Of a stretch of DNA of 64,000 nucleotides, positions 24,433 to 37,220 are shown piece after piece. This stretch comes from Octopus bimaculoides (Eukaryota). The DNA lies in the NCBI RefSeq assembly GCF_001194135.2, contig NC_068983.1, positions 152,565,125 to 152,629,124 on the forward strand, in the 5' to 3' direction. Position numbers and translations under genes: made by a program. Numbering within the stretch: position 1 is the stretch's first letter; every line of letters begins with the position of its first letter. The notes beneath the pieces were generated by a model that saw nothing but the letters and a program-made list of their open reading frames with translations, ran no database searches and was not told the origin of the DNA.

Positions 24433-25262
24433 CTAAAACATTCTAAATGATAAGGAATTTCAAGCTGTGAATAATTTCAAATTCAATCACGACTAATATT
24501 TTTCAAACTTTCAAAGAACATTAGTATTTATTTAAATTTATAACAGTAAATGTGTTGCATTGTCGAGGCTGAAATTTTATGACATCGTCACACAATTCTC
24601 GAATATATCCTTTGTGTAACAAAAAGTTGCATTATGCATAAGTAGAATCTAATTCTAAAAGTGATGGTTTTACATAGACTGGAATATCCACGTTTGCATC
24701 AACTTGGTGAGTTGCAGACACTTAACGAACTCACCAAAAGTATTGTCAAGCATAAATGGACTTGTGTAAATGAAATATACGAATCAGGCTAGAAAGTTTG
24801 TTCTCAACAAAAGCGCAAATGTAAACATACAAAATAGTAAAAACAAGCTGTAATATTATAGCAGCTGGTATTAGACTCAAGCGAATGTGTTCAATGGCCG
24901 TCAGGTTTTCAAAAGTTGGCTGAATGTAGAAAAAAATAGCACATTCTTTTTAACTCATTACAAGTGATTTGAATTGAAACAATGAAAGAGGCACGAAATT
25001 TGGACAATAATTTCAGGCATTTTTTAATATGGAGAAAGCCTTCCTAGCACTAATTCAATATATCTGATAAAACAAAGGCGTAACACATCTAAAATGCACC
25101 CTGTCAAAGGTAAATGCATGATGATTATCTACTGATGCCTAAGTTAGCAAAAACTTTGATAACTTATCTAAAACGAATGAAACAAAACATGCAAAATACA
25201 AGCAAATATCTGCAACCATATAATATTTATACACGTACTGAGAACAATATCCTTACTGCTAA

Positions 25263-25411
25263 AGGCACAAGGCCTGAAATTCTGGGAAAGAAGATTAGTG
25301 ATCCCATCGACCCAGTGTTTCACTGATACTTAATTTATTGACCCCGAAAGGATGAAAGACAAATTCGACCTCGGCCGAGTTTGAAATCAGAACGTAATGA
25401 CGGATGAAATG
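25263..25411 (-). mobile_element. Type 2 SINE, 5'-truncated
   Basis: GACCCCGAAAGGATGAAAGACAAATTCGACCTCGGC is the reverse complement of the central domain. Confidence 0.75.
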
Positions 25412-26186
25412 TCTGAAAACAAATTTGTACTCTTTATCGTCGAACTTTTGATAACAGTATAAGATTGTAAATGAGCCGTATGTTAGAAGTGTGAATATGC
25501 CTGCTAACTGCCCTTCTTATCAAAAAAATTAAAATATTGTGTTGGTTGCCTTACTTCTCTATTGCAGAATCACCTTGCAAACAACAGCATTATAACATCT
25601 CAGAAGACTTGGGAAAAGTGGAAATATAGAGATGTGGAGATAAACTACATATTTTCAAAATGACATAAGAACGTGGCTCTCACAGGGAAGCTTCAGAATT
25701 ACGGAAGTGTTAACTGCAACATTATTCTTTTCATAACAACGAAAAATGCGAATAACATCTTCATGTTTTGCAGCTGTTCTCCATCGTGAGTGCAAGATCG
25801 TAGAGTAGAGTAATTTCTTAACTTTTTCGAATCCCAAGGTGAGAGGCTTTCTTCTCTGTGTAAGAAAAAAAAAACCTGTTTATTTCTTAATTCTCAGATC
25901 AATAGAGACACACATCTAAAAGTGGAGAAAACTCGAGAATTTGTCAAAATTCAAATAAATTTGTTTTTGTATATCTTGGTTATTCATTTCCGACAGTAAT
26001 ACACACACACACACAAAGAATAAGATCGAAAGAGCNNNNNNNNNNNNNNNNNNNNNNNNNNNNNNNNNNNNNNNNNNNNNNNNNNNNNNNNNNNNNNNNN
26101 NNNNNNNNNNNNNNNNNNNNNNNNNNNNNNNNNNNNNNNNNNNNNNNNNNNNNNNNNNNNNNNNNNNNNNNNNNNNNNNNNNNNNN

Positions 26187-26250
<64 letters not shown>
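26187..26250. repeat. (TG)n microsatellite
   Basis: Direct reading. Confidence 0.97.
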
Positions 26251-26253
<3 letters not shown>

Positions 26254-26948
26254 ATAGCATTAGACAAAGGAGATGTTTGGAATACAAGCATCATAATGAA
26301 TGCTGTACCTGCAACTGACTACGTCTATCAGCTGCAAACCGTAGTATTTTTTAATACAGGCCTTTACAGATCACGACAACAGAAATTTCGGTCATTGGGG
26401 TTTCATTCTCTACAGGCGACTGTAGAGATCATTTATTGCTTTGGCTACGCTTTTGTTCGTTTGAAAATTCTATGAGCAACCTCCTTGTAATAGTCTTTTG
26501 GTCTGTAGAATATTTCAAGATGCAAATTTTTTCCCCCTTTTAAAGACCAGAAAAATTCATGCATCAAGTGTATCAACTGATCTTCTGGTAAATGAAAAAA
26601 TCCCTGGAGAAGAGTTAACTTGACATTGAATTAGTTTAGTAATTTATCTTAAGACTAGAATTTTGCGTGCGTAACGAAAGAAACCATTCGAATCAATTTT
26701 ATCCGCTCGACACAAATTTTGTTGTTTGTTACTCCGCCTCATTGGTGCCTTTACTGTATCTCTAATGTCATTTAATTTAATATTTCTCAGCGGCCTTTGT
26801 GTGCATGTCGAATAGATGAGTGAGTTTTATAGGAATATACAAACGTTTCCTCAAGAGGTTTTACCAGTCTGGATACAGAATGATATGTTATTTTAATTGA
26901 ATGCTTACGAGAAGTAAGTTGACAATTTTCAATATTTCTTTATAGAAA

Positions 26949-27157
26949 GGCGGCACTCTGGCAGAATCATTACTGCGCTGGACAAAAGGCTTAGCGTAAT
27001 TTCTTCCGACTTTACATTTTGAGTACAACTGCTGCCGAGATCGACTTTGCTTCTCTTCTTTCGAGGTGAAGAAAATAAGTACTAAATCTCCACTGGGGCC
27101 AATGTAATCGGCTCCCACAAAATTGCCGGCCTTGTGGCAAAATTTGAAACCAATATT
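26949..27157 (+). mobile_element. Type 2 SINE, diverged
   Basis: GGCGGCACTCTGGCAGAATC head, GCCGAGATCGACTTTGC, AAAATAAGTACT, GGCCTTGTGGCAAAATTTGAAACC tail. Confidence 0.7.
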
Positions 27158-27648
27158 TTTTATAGAGAACTTCTCAAGTTATGGTATTCAATATTGTTAG
27201 CCTAATATATGCCTCAATACTTCTCATTCGACTTTGCGTAAAATATACAATTTTATACATTGCAAGTTTAGATTGTTATGCCATTAACATTACTCAAAAC
27301 GGGAAGCCCCATAAAAACTGGAAGACGCAGTGTCTCCAATTTTATTTATTTTTAACAGTGACTAAGTGGAATGCAAAGCGTTTTGCTTGTTAGCCATTAG
27401 TTCTAGATAGGCTTGATCGAGGAAATTTATGATCAAAGAAATTCCAATTGGGGTAATTCCAGCTTTCCCGTGAGTTTATTGAATTCAGGAGATATGAATC
27501 AATATACCACTGTTTTGAAAGACAGTACATTGTAATTTGAAGCAAATTTAACTATTCTGGCTAGTAAGTGGCACGAACACAGAAATATCCATACTGGAAA
27601 AAAAAATGATAAGTGACGTTTATTACTGAAAATAATTCTGTTCAGAAT

Positions 27649-27800
27649 TGTATTTATATATTTCGGGGAGACGAACCCTTCTTCAGGATATTCGGAAAAG
27701 TGGTGGTCGGAAAAACTTTGCTGCTCAGAAGCAACTTCTGAGCAACAAATTTTACGAATGTCCTGAAGAATAGGTCTTCAACACGAAATATATAAATACA
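27649..27800. repeat. 152-bp fold-back (imperfect palindromic) element
   Basis: Perfect 17-bp terminal inverted repeat TGTATTTATATATTTCG/CGAAATATATAAATACA; 15/16 inner pair TTCTTCAGGATATTCG/CGAATGTCCTGAAGAA; 14/15 central hairpin TTTGCTGCTCAGAAG-CAA-CTTCTGAGCAACAAA. Confidence 0.85.
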
Positions 27801-28351
27801 TGTTAGACCGCAACTTTGTTCTGTTTCAATTTGTAGTTTACTTTGTACCTTCTCGCATTGTTCCGGCTTTACACAACTACATTCTTTAAATTATACTTCA
27901 CAATGTTTCACAAACACTACCTCATCATATATGTGTATATNNNNNNNNNNNNNNNNNNNNNNNNNNNNNNNNNNNNNNNNNNNNNNNNNNNNNNNNNNNN
28001 NNNNNNNNNNNNNNNNNNNNNNNNNNNNNNNNNNNNNNNNNNNNNNNNNNNNNNNNNNNNNAAATAGATATATAACGTTGTTAACCATTAAATTTTCTTT
28101 TACCGACACTATGCCTCTAGCTGTCTTTCCTATTCCCTCACTCACTGTTACGAACAATATAGTACATATATACATAAATCCGTGTCCCTCGCTCCGTCTT
28201 TCTGTGTGTTTCTTTTTTTCAGCTTAACGCGTTTCTTACTGTAATATTTTAATATATTTACACTCATGTACACAAAGAACATAAACAATTATACCAACTT
28301 TCTAAAGGGCGTCAGTCATAAATGTTAAAAAGAAGTAATAACAATAATGAA

Positions 28352-28397
<46 letters not shown>

Positions 28398-28408
28398 GTG
28401 ATGATGAT
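28352..28408. repeat. (GAT)n microsatellite
   Basis: Direct reading. Confidence 0.97.
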
Positions 28409-29788
28409 AGAATAACGATAAAAATAAAAATATATACGCCCGAAAGAACTGTTGCATACACAGAGCAAATTATATACCGGTTCTGGGTGTTGTATTCATT
28501 TATTATTTTTTAAGTATTCTGGGGACGATTATTTTGGGCCGTTAAAATTGATAATTAGACATTAAAATCTAATGACTTTATTTTTTGTCTTACTTTTTAT
28601 TATTATTTAAACAAACGGATTATATTTTAGCTTGAAATTTTCTTGTTTATATATATTTTAAACATTTTCAATGTAATACTTTTCTGTTTAAATATTGTTA
28701 TTTTTTTGTTAAAATATTATTAGCCTTATAATTATTATCTCCATCAAGTTTTGTTTACTTACTTTTTCATTGTTCTTTGTTAAAATTCTAGAAAATGTAA
28801 AAATGTATATTTTATTTGAAAGCAAAGACGATAAGAAAATATTTTTAAAATTCCATAACACATAAAAAATAATATAAATATATGATAAAATAGACATTAA
28901 AAATGTATATAACGATTTTAAAAAATTACAAAACATGAAAATAAATATAAAATTTTTTCTCCTATTAAAATAGAAACACTTTTTTAAATGTTGTTTCGCA
29001 TCGTTTTCATTCAGTTTTTTGAGCCCTTACAGCCAGTCAAGAAAATTATCTTTATATTGATATTGTTATTTCTATTATTACTCTTATTAAAATGGCGATG
29101 GATTATTATAGTTATAATTATTTTTTATCAGTATCATCGGCATTATCATTATCTTTATACATATAACCATCGACGTTATCATCACTACCATTATTATCTT
29201 TATTACAATCACAGTCTTGATAATCTTCATCATCTTCATTACCATCATAAATATCACTATCATCACCATCATCATTCTCATTATTCCACCATTGATTTTT
29301 CTTTTCAGTTTTATATTTAAAAATTTTTCATTTTAACCTTCTATATTTTTCGGAAGGAAGTGAAAGAAATTTATGAATCGAATTTAAGAAGCGTTTTGTT
29401 TCTTTTTTATTATATCTAATGCAATTACTAATTTCATTAGAAGTTTTCTAGCAAATAATATATTCCTAAAATAAACTGTAAAAATATATAGTCAAAGAAA
29501 ATTAAAATCAACAACAACACTTTTTTAAACTACCCATTGAAGTCACTCAATTAGAACAAGACAAAATGGCCTTGTTAAGGTAATTACAAGAGTCTCAGTA
29601 CTTAAGCGTTCAAAATTCAGCTCACTCGACGACGAAAATTAATGTTTTAATAGGAACACAACCAACAAAGTTGAAGCCAACTATGAAAGGAGATAAAAGC
29701 TGAACATTGAAATATTAATTTACTATTATATACTCTCCTAAATACCAAACGAAACCATTTGAAAAGATATTTCCGGAGTGTTCCTAGG

Positions 29789-29930
29789 GGTGGCTGTGTG
29801 GTAAGTAGCTTGCTTACGAACCACATGGTTCCACTGCCTGGCACCTTGGGCTTCTACTATACCCGACCAAAGCCTTGTGAGTGGATTTGGTAGATAGAAA
29901 CTGAAAGAAGCCCATTGTATATATATATAT

Positions 29931-29981
<51 letters not shown>

Positions 29982-30527
29982 NNNNNNNNNNNNNNNNNNN
30001 NNNNNNNNNNNNNNNNNNNNNNNNNNNNNNNNNNNNNNNNNNNNNNNNNNNNNNNNNNNNNNNNNNNNNNNNNNNNNNNNNNNNNNNNNNNNNNNNNNNN
30101 NNNNNNNNNNNNNNNNNNNNNNNNNNNNNNNNNNNNNNNNNNNNNNNNNNNNNNNNNNNNNNNNNNNNNNNNNNNNNNNNNNNNNNNNNNNNNNNNNNNN
30201 NNNNNNNNNNNNNNNNNNNNNNNNNNNNNNNNNNNNNNNNNNNNNNNNNNNNNNNNNNNNNNNNNNNNNNNNNNNNNNNNNNNNNNNNNNNNNNNNNNNN
30301 NNNNNNNNNNNNNNNNNNNNNNNNNNNNNNNNNNNNNNNNNNNNNNNNNNNNNNNNNNNNNNNNNNNNNNNNNNNNNNNNNNNNNNNNNNNNNNNNNNNN
30401 NNNNNNNNNNNNNNNNNNNNNNNNNNNNNNNNNNNNNNNNNNNNNNNNNNNNNNNNNNNNNNNNNNNNNNNNNNNNNNNNNNNNNNNNNNNNNNNNNNNN
30501 NNNNNNNNNNNNNNNNNNNNNNNNNNN

Positions 30528-30558
<31 letters not shown>

Positions 30559-30650
30559 ATGTGTTTGTGTGTGTGTGTTTTCTCCCCAACATCGCATGAC
30601 AATCGATGCTGGTGCGTTTACCTCCTCGTAACTTAGCGGTTCGGCAAAAA
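29789..30650 (+). mobile_element. Type 1 CORE SINE with the internal microsatellite expanded across N gap 29982-30527
   Basis: Head GGGTGGCTGTGTGGTAAGTAGCTTGC; after the gap CCCCAACATCGCATGACAATCGATGCTGGTG..AACTTAGCGGTTCGGCAAAA. Confidence 0.8.
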
Positions 30651-31812
30651 TGACCATCTCACCTGCTTTTGAGATAGAATGTATCTGTTTATCCTTTTTT
30701 CTTTACAAAATGGGTAGTGTTTGATATGGAGATTTGGCTTCTATTATTGTCAGGTTGATTGCATAAAAGAATAAATTTTAAATTCTAATTGTTGATTCGC
30801 CTAAATGCATGTCTGAATCTACTGATATGTATGCATGTATGTATGCATGTATGTACGTACGTAGTTACGTACATACGTATGTATGTATACACATACTCAC
30901 ACACATATAGGTACGTGAGTGTGTGTATATATACCTATATATGTGTATGTGTGTGTGTGTGTGTGTGTGCGTGCGTGCTTGTATTCATAGAAATAGAGAC
31001 GTTCATATACAGTTTTTAGTGTAACAATGTAACAAACGAATTAAAATATCTTTTAATTGGCCACACTTGGCTACACTGAATTGGTTACACTGAATTGGCT
31101 ATTTGCCATGGCGTATATTAACTATATTATTATTTAATGTTTTTAGATAGACATAAGGACTATCCGTATGGTAAATTTTGGATGCAGTCTAGGTTGTCTG
31201 TAGGCGGCCAATTTGCACAGTCTTCAGAACGTACAGTAAGTTACTTTGACATAATCGTACCAATACCCGCTTTCCGAGTTTAAACCTGTCTCTGTTTTTT
31301 TTCTGGGAAGACTGGATTGTGATCAGATCTGGAGAGGAAAGGACATCACGCAATTTAACAATGACAGTGACATGCTGTATGTTAGGGTGCCGTTCCATGA
31401 AGGCAAGACAAGAATATCTGTATATGTGGCCACGATACTATCCCAGCTTCTTCATAATTGCTCTCGCTACAATATTCATTTCTTTGAAAGATTTTCAAGC
31501 TATGAAGGGGAAAGACAATCATTGTGATGCTGCTTTATACAAAAGAAATGCTCAATTATTAAAAAGCCCAGAACTTGTAGTGGTGTTGAAGCTTTTAGTG
31601 TAAATGCTAATATTTGTAATTTGATTTAAGCAAGATTCAATCTATAAGTAAATAGCGCTTCTATGGAGATGAGTTCGTGTGTGGCACGATTCATTTTCAT
31701 TGTGTGTGTGTATGTATTACATAATACAAAAGAGCGTGTTACGTAATTTCATGTTAAATTTTGTTACCAATCAGAATGTAATTCCATCACCACTTCCTCC
31801 TCTCCTTCATTT

Positions 31813-31813
<1 letters not shown>

Positions 31814-31873
<60 letters not shown>
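31814..31873. repeat. (ACT)n microsatellite
   Basis: Direct reading. Confidence 0.97.
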
Positions 31874-32966
31874 GCTGCTGCTGCTAGTACTACAATTACG
31901 ATTACTACTACTAAAAATTTAATATAACAGACAACTGATTTCAAAGAAAAATTACATTGAGACAAACATCCATATATGGGTACACATATATACATATATA
32001 AACATACACATTCGCTCATATGCACATATACACACATAAAAATGAAAAATATTCATAAAAAGAACAAGGCTAATTGAGCAGAGGATATTAGAGAACATAA
32101 GCAAACAAATGAAATTTTATTAGAAATATGAGAAAACTTCAACGTCGGCTCCATTGGTTTCACGTAACCTGCTGAGTTATCCTTATTTCTCTCCAGAATA
32201 TTTCGGATTTTAACGGTAATTTAGAGACACTGTGTATATATATATAAAATATGATATACGTAAACAAGCGAATGCGTACACACACGCGCACACATATTTA
32301 TTTATATTTACACGTGTATATATACATTCACACAAGCATATATACATACATAGACAGTTTTGATACTTATCTCCATTTTGGATGAGAGGTTACATGATGT
32401 TACACGAGACTGAACGGAATTTCGAAATTACTACACAGATCAAGGGAAGTAACTTGTAAGAATACCTTTACTGTTATCTCCTTGAAGATTTCTGTTTTCC
32501 TTCTAGTGGTCGGTGCATTTATTTTGAAATCTTAGTCACTCTCATGTAACGTCGTATATTTTCATCCAAAATGCAGATGATCAGCAATACTTTCACATGA
32601 CTCGTTGAACAACTGTAAAAATATGTTCAGAAGAATCCATTGGTTGCATTGTTAACCCACAAATAAAATAAAGAATATTTAAACACAAAGCGGTGTTGTG
32701 GACTCATTCTTCCTTAACTTCCTGAAGGTCTGTCTCAAAAATATATTTCTGTATAAGAATAAACTTGTACTCTACAAAACTATATATTAACGCCAAAAAT
32801 TAATGCAAACTTGTTTTCCATGATACTAAACAAAAACAAACATGAACTCATTTGAAAATTCTTTCTTTGCTTCTTTTCGATGTGTGTGTGCATGCGCGTG
32901 TGTATATATGTATACATATATATAAATAGATGTAATCATGTATGTATATGTGATGATGTATATCTA

Positions 32967-34190
32967 TTGGGTCACCCCATAAATTATGCGTGTTTTGTTT
33001 CAAAATTATATTTTATAAATATAAACTACTCTCTCTTTCATTTTCTATAATGAACTTCCATCTATCTGGTAGACTTGCAAGGCCCCTATTCCAAAATTCC
33101 TTTCTCCGTGACGAAAAATACTCCTCCATTACTGTTCTGACCCCGTCTACAGAATTCATATTGCTTCTGGCCAACTGATTTTGAGGATTGTGGAATAAAT
33201 GACAATCAGATGGAGCAATGTCCAGCGAATATGGTGAGTTGGGCTTAGTTTCCCATAAAACTGTTCCAGCCTTTGGAATGTCATCCTCGCTCCATGAGCA
33301 TTATTCTGATGAATTAACACTTTTCGTCTTCAAACCAAATACATTCGTTTTTCTTCTGCGCAAGTTGCTCAAGCTGCTCGCAGTGGATCTTTGTTATCGT
33401 TTGGTTTGGGCTTAAAACTTTGAAGTGGACTAAAGCTTTCATATCTTACCACACATATAACAACAACTTACCTGGGTGAAGACCTCCTTTTGCCTGGGAT
33501 ATCGGTGTTTGTCCTTTCTCTATCCACTGTCTTCGGCGCTTGACATTTTTATAGAGAACACCTTTCTCGTCACCAGTCACTATTCATGAGATATGACAGC
33601 AAAGAAGAGCACACATTCACTCTCTGCGCGCGATTAGACTCGGATACTTTGTGAGCAACCCATTGACCCAATTTTCTGCCTTTACAGATGACACGCAGGT
33701 GTCGATGAATAGTTGGATTTCCAAACCCAAGCTTCTCTACTAGCTCCTCAACAGTTACGATGGAATTTTATTCCACCAGTGTTTGCAGGACGTCCTCGTC
33801 GAGCTCTACGTATCTTCCAGGACGAGATTCGTCTTCTAGGCTGTAGTTTCCGACTCGGAATTTCAGGAACCACAGTCGACACTGGTTTACGCTTATTGCC
33901 CGATCCCCCATATACTGCATTAATATTCCTCGTACGTTCTGTTGCTTTCTTGCCTTTATTGAACTCGTAAAGCAAAATATGCCGAATATGCTCCTTTGTC
34001 ACTTCCATTATAGCTTTGAAAGAATAGCTGTTAAAATCGAACTGCACTCTTCAAAACGTGCACTAAAAATAAAACAAGGTAAAATTACTACCTGCTTTTA
34101 TAACAAGTCGAAGCAGGTAGCTTATCTCGTCCTCCTCCGACTCGTAGTACATGCAATTGAAGAAACTGCATTATTTATGGGATGACCCAA
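32967..34190 (-). mobile_element. Near full-length mariner (DD34D-type) DNA transposon, 1224 bp
   Basis: TIRs TTGGGTCACCCCATAAATTATGC and reverse complement of GCATTATTTATGGGATGACCCAA; left TA target site, right site now CA; internal transposase. Confidence 0.92.
33013..34008 (-). pseudogene. Mariner transposase pseudogene
   Basis: MEVTKEHIRHILLYEFNKG N-terminus (ATG at 34008), IVTGDEK (33563-33583), HQNNA (D to N), YSLDIAPSDCHLF (33193-33231), LASLPDRW; frameshifts and stops. Confidence 0.92.
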
Positions 34191-34195
34191 CACAT

Positions 34196-34251
<56 letters not shown>

Positions 34252-34754
34252 GTAAGCTATAAGTAGTCGACTGACACTTATGCATAAATATACCTATTTA
34301 TGTATAGATATGTAAAGTGTTGAGAAGAACAAAGGATTAGGCTTCTGCACAATCAGTATGAATGATGATTCGTAATCAGGACATTTAAAGAATATAGCAT
34401 CATTGCAGGAGGAGATATAATCAAATAGTTGATGGTATTTTGGGGAGAGCAATGAACAATTCAGATGTGTTTTCCGTTCTAAGAGAATGAGATGCTGAGT
34501 CAGAGATACCGGAATTGCTAAAGTCCTGATGAGATATGTGAGAGAAAGTGAGAGTCTCCAGGTGCAGAATCATTGTATGACAAACATAAATAAAGAATGT
34601 ATCATGGACAACTGAAATGGTTTGTAGAAGCGGATTGACAAATGTACACCTCAGAGAGAAACAGGATGTGTGCTTTTCGCATGAGATGATGTATGCGATC
34701 TCGTTTGTAGAGAAACGATTGGATGTCTGCAGAGAAGAGGTAGAAATTGTTTAA

Positions 34755-35057
34755 CCCATTACCTACCAGTGATCTCATATAAAATCACTTAAAAATTATA
34801 AATTTCGTAATTATCTGTCAATATTTACACATATCTAACCTTTTTGCTATATCTACTAGGTATATTTCTCTGATATTCAAATGAGGTTTGCTAATTTTTC
34901 ACCCAATTTATCGCATATTTCTATTTAAATTGTTATTTTGAAAAGTTAGTTTGAAATGTTATTTTGATCATTCCAGCGTGTTTCTAAGGCTGTTTTATGC
35001 TAGAAATCAAAGTTTCATAAAAAAATTCCAGTTAATAGAATTATGGGAGGTTATGGG
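34755..35057. mobile_element. piggyBac-type MITE, 303 bp
   Basis: TTAA at 34751-34754 and 35058-35061 flank CCCATTACCTACCA / TGGGAGGTTATGGG (12/14 inverted match); AT-rich non-coding interior. Confidence 0.65.
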
Positions 35058-35126
35058 TTAAGCGTTTGGATAAATGTCTTGTCAGAGTGAACTTGATACA
35101 TATGAATATTAGGGTAGGTTCAGTAA

Positions 35127-35325
35127 GCGAGTTGCCACAACCGTTAACATGCCACACGAAATGCCTAAACGGAATTTTGTTCGTGTGTACGTTCTGAATT
35201 CAAATACTGCCTGCTGAGTTGTACTTTGCTTTTTATCCCTTCGTGGTCGATCAAATTAGGACCAGTCGAGCATTGAGTCCCATGTAATCAACGTACCCGC
35301 CACTCAAATTTTCTGGCCCAAATAC
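35127..35325 (+). mobile_element. Type 2 SINE, diverged
   Basis: TACGTTCTGAATTCAAATACTGCC..TACTTTGCTTTTTATCCCTTCGTGGTCGATCAAATTAGGACCAG. Confidence 0.65.
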
Positions 35326-36891
35326 GAAGAGAAAAATTAGGGGTGGTTTCATAAGTGATAACGACAAACCTTTATTGATGATGGACTTAATTCTAGTCGC
35401 CACTTCAAACAAATTTTATGTTTTTTAATGTAGGTTTCACCTCTAGCAATTATTCGAAAATATTTTTTGTATAAACCTCGAAAAGAGAAACTTGAATTCA
35501 TTTTCAATCTCTCCTATTTATCTCTCCACCTGCCTCTTAGTTTACACACACAAAGACACACACACACACAACCACACACACACACATATACACACACACA
35601 TATATATATACACACACACATATATATACACACACACACACACACACATATATTCTTACGTACACTTGAAGAACGTTTACTTTTATATCCAAATAAATCG
35701 AAAAGAGAAGACCGAAGATTAAAACCTTTCAATAAAGACTTGTGTATAACCAAACAACTCCTGTGTTAATCACCACACGCTTTCACAAAACCAAGACGAA
35801 TTATTACCGCATCTTCACTGTAAAGGATAACAGTATATACACACAATTATTAACTCATACAAACACATGTACACAAATTCACATACACATTCATGCACAC
35901 GCTACCACAAACGAAGCAAGAAACACTTATAGAAGTATATTCAGTAAGCAAAACAATATGGACATGGTTTTGATCAAGAAATGTCTTAATGTACATTGTG
36001 GTAAATGAACTGTCTCTAATTATCTTTAAAAGGAAAAGTACAATAATGAGAAGAACAATGATGATGTTGCTGGTGGTGTATTGATGGTGATGATGGTAGT
36101 GGTAGTGTTTAAGATGGAGATGAAATTTTGAGGAAGATAGTAATAGTTATGATGACGATGATAATAATAATAATAATGATTATGATAATGATGGAGATCA
36201 CTTATTTGATGGCAACCCTATTAAGCAATTTTGTCATTAAACGACAATTATAAAAAGAAAACAATTAATAAACGGTAACCAATAAAAAAATAGAAACATG
36301 AAAGCAAAAAGAAAAAGATAAAACAATGAAAAATAATAAAAACAACTAAAGTTTAACATTAAAGGTGAAAGAACATCAAATTACTTATTCTCTTCATTTT
36401 CTCCGATAGCAACATCAACAACAACAACACCCGCGAAGTAAATGTATTGTCTTTAAACTGTAAATGATATATTTTGGCTCTCATTATCTCTCCCTCTTTC
36501 TCCTTCATATACACAAATTTGATCTCTCTTTCACCCTCTCACATCCCGTTAGCTGATCAAGCAGATTATAGTTTTTGATGATTACTATAATAAGCGCATC
36601 TTGCATTTATGTGTGTGTGTGTGTGTGTGTGTGCATGTGTGCAGAATGAGAGGAGAGGATGGAGAGAGAATGTGTTCCTGTGTGTGTGTGTGCATGTGTG
36701 TATGTGTGTCTTTGAGTGCATCTGAGTGTAAACTTCAACTATCAAATTTTAGCAGCCTCCAATCTCTTCATTAAATTAAAAGTGCAATATCGGCAAAATT
36801 GCCAGAGAATAGTTAAGTATTGAACTTTTTTAAAAGTCACATACCAAATTATATGTTGTATGATGCATGAAATAAAATATTGTTCTTATCA

Positions 36892-37220
36892 TGCAGCCAT
36901 GCTGGAGCACCGCCTTTAGTCGAGCAAATCGACCCCAGAATTTATAATTTGTAAGCCTAGTACTAATTCTATCGGTGTCTTTTGCCGAACCGCTAGTTTA
37001 CGGGGACGCAAATACACCACCATCGGTTGTCAAGCGATANNNNNNNNNNNNNNNNNNNNNNNNNNNNNNNNNNNNNNNNNNNNNNNNNNNNNNNNNNNNN
37101 NNNNNNNNNNNNNNNNNNNNNNNNNNNNNNNNNNNNNNNNNNNNNNNNNNNNNNNNNNNNNNNNNNNNNNNNNNNNNNNNNNNNNNNNNNNNNNNNNNAA
37201 ACTACTTACCACACAGCCAC
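36892..37220 (-). mobile_element. Type 1 CORE SINE spanning N gap 37040-37198
   Basis: 3' half before the gap (GCTGGAGCACCGCCTTTAGTCGAGC..CGGTTGTCAAGCGAT); head AAACTACTTACCACACAGCCAC after the gap. Confidence 0.8.
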
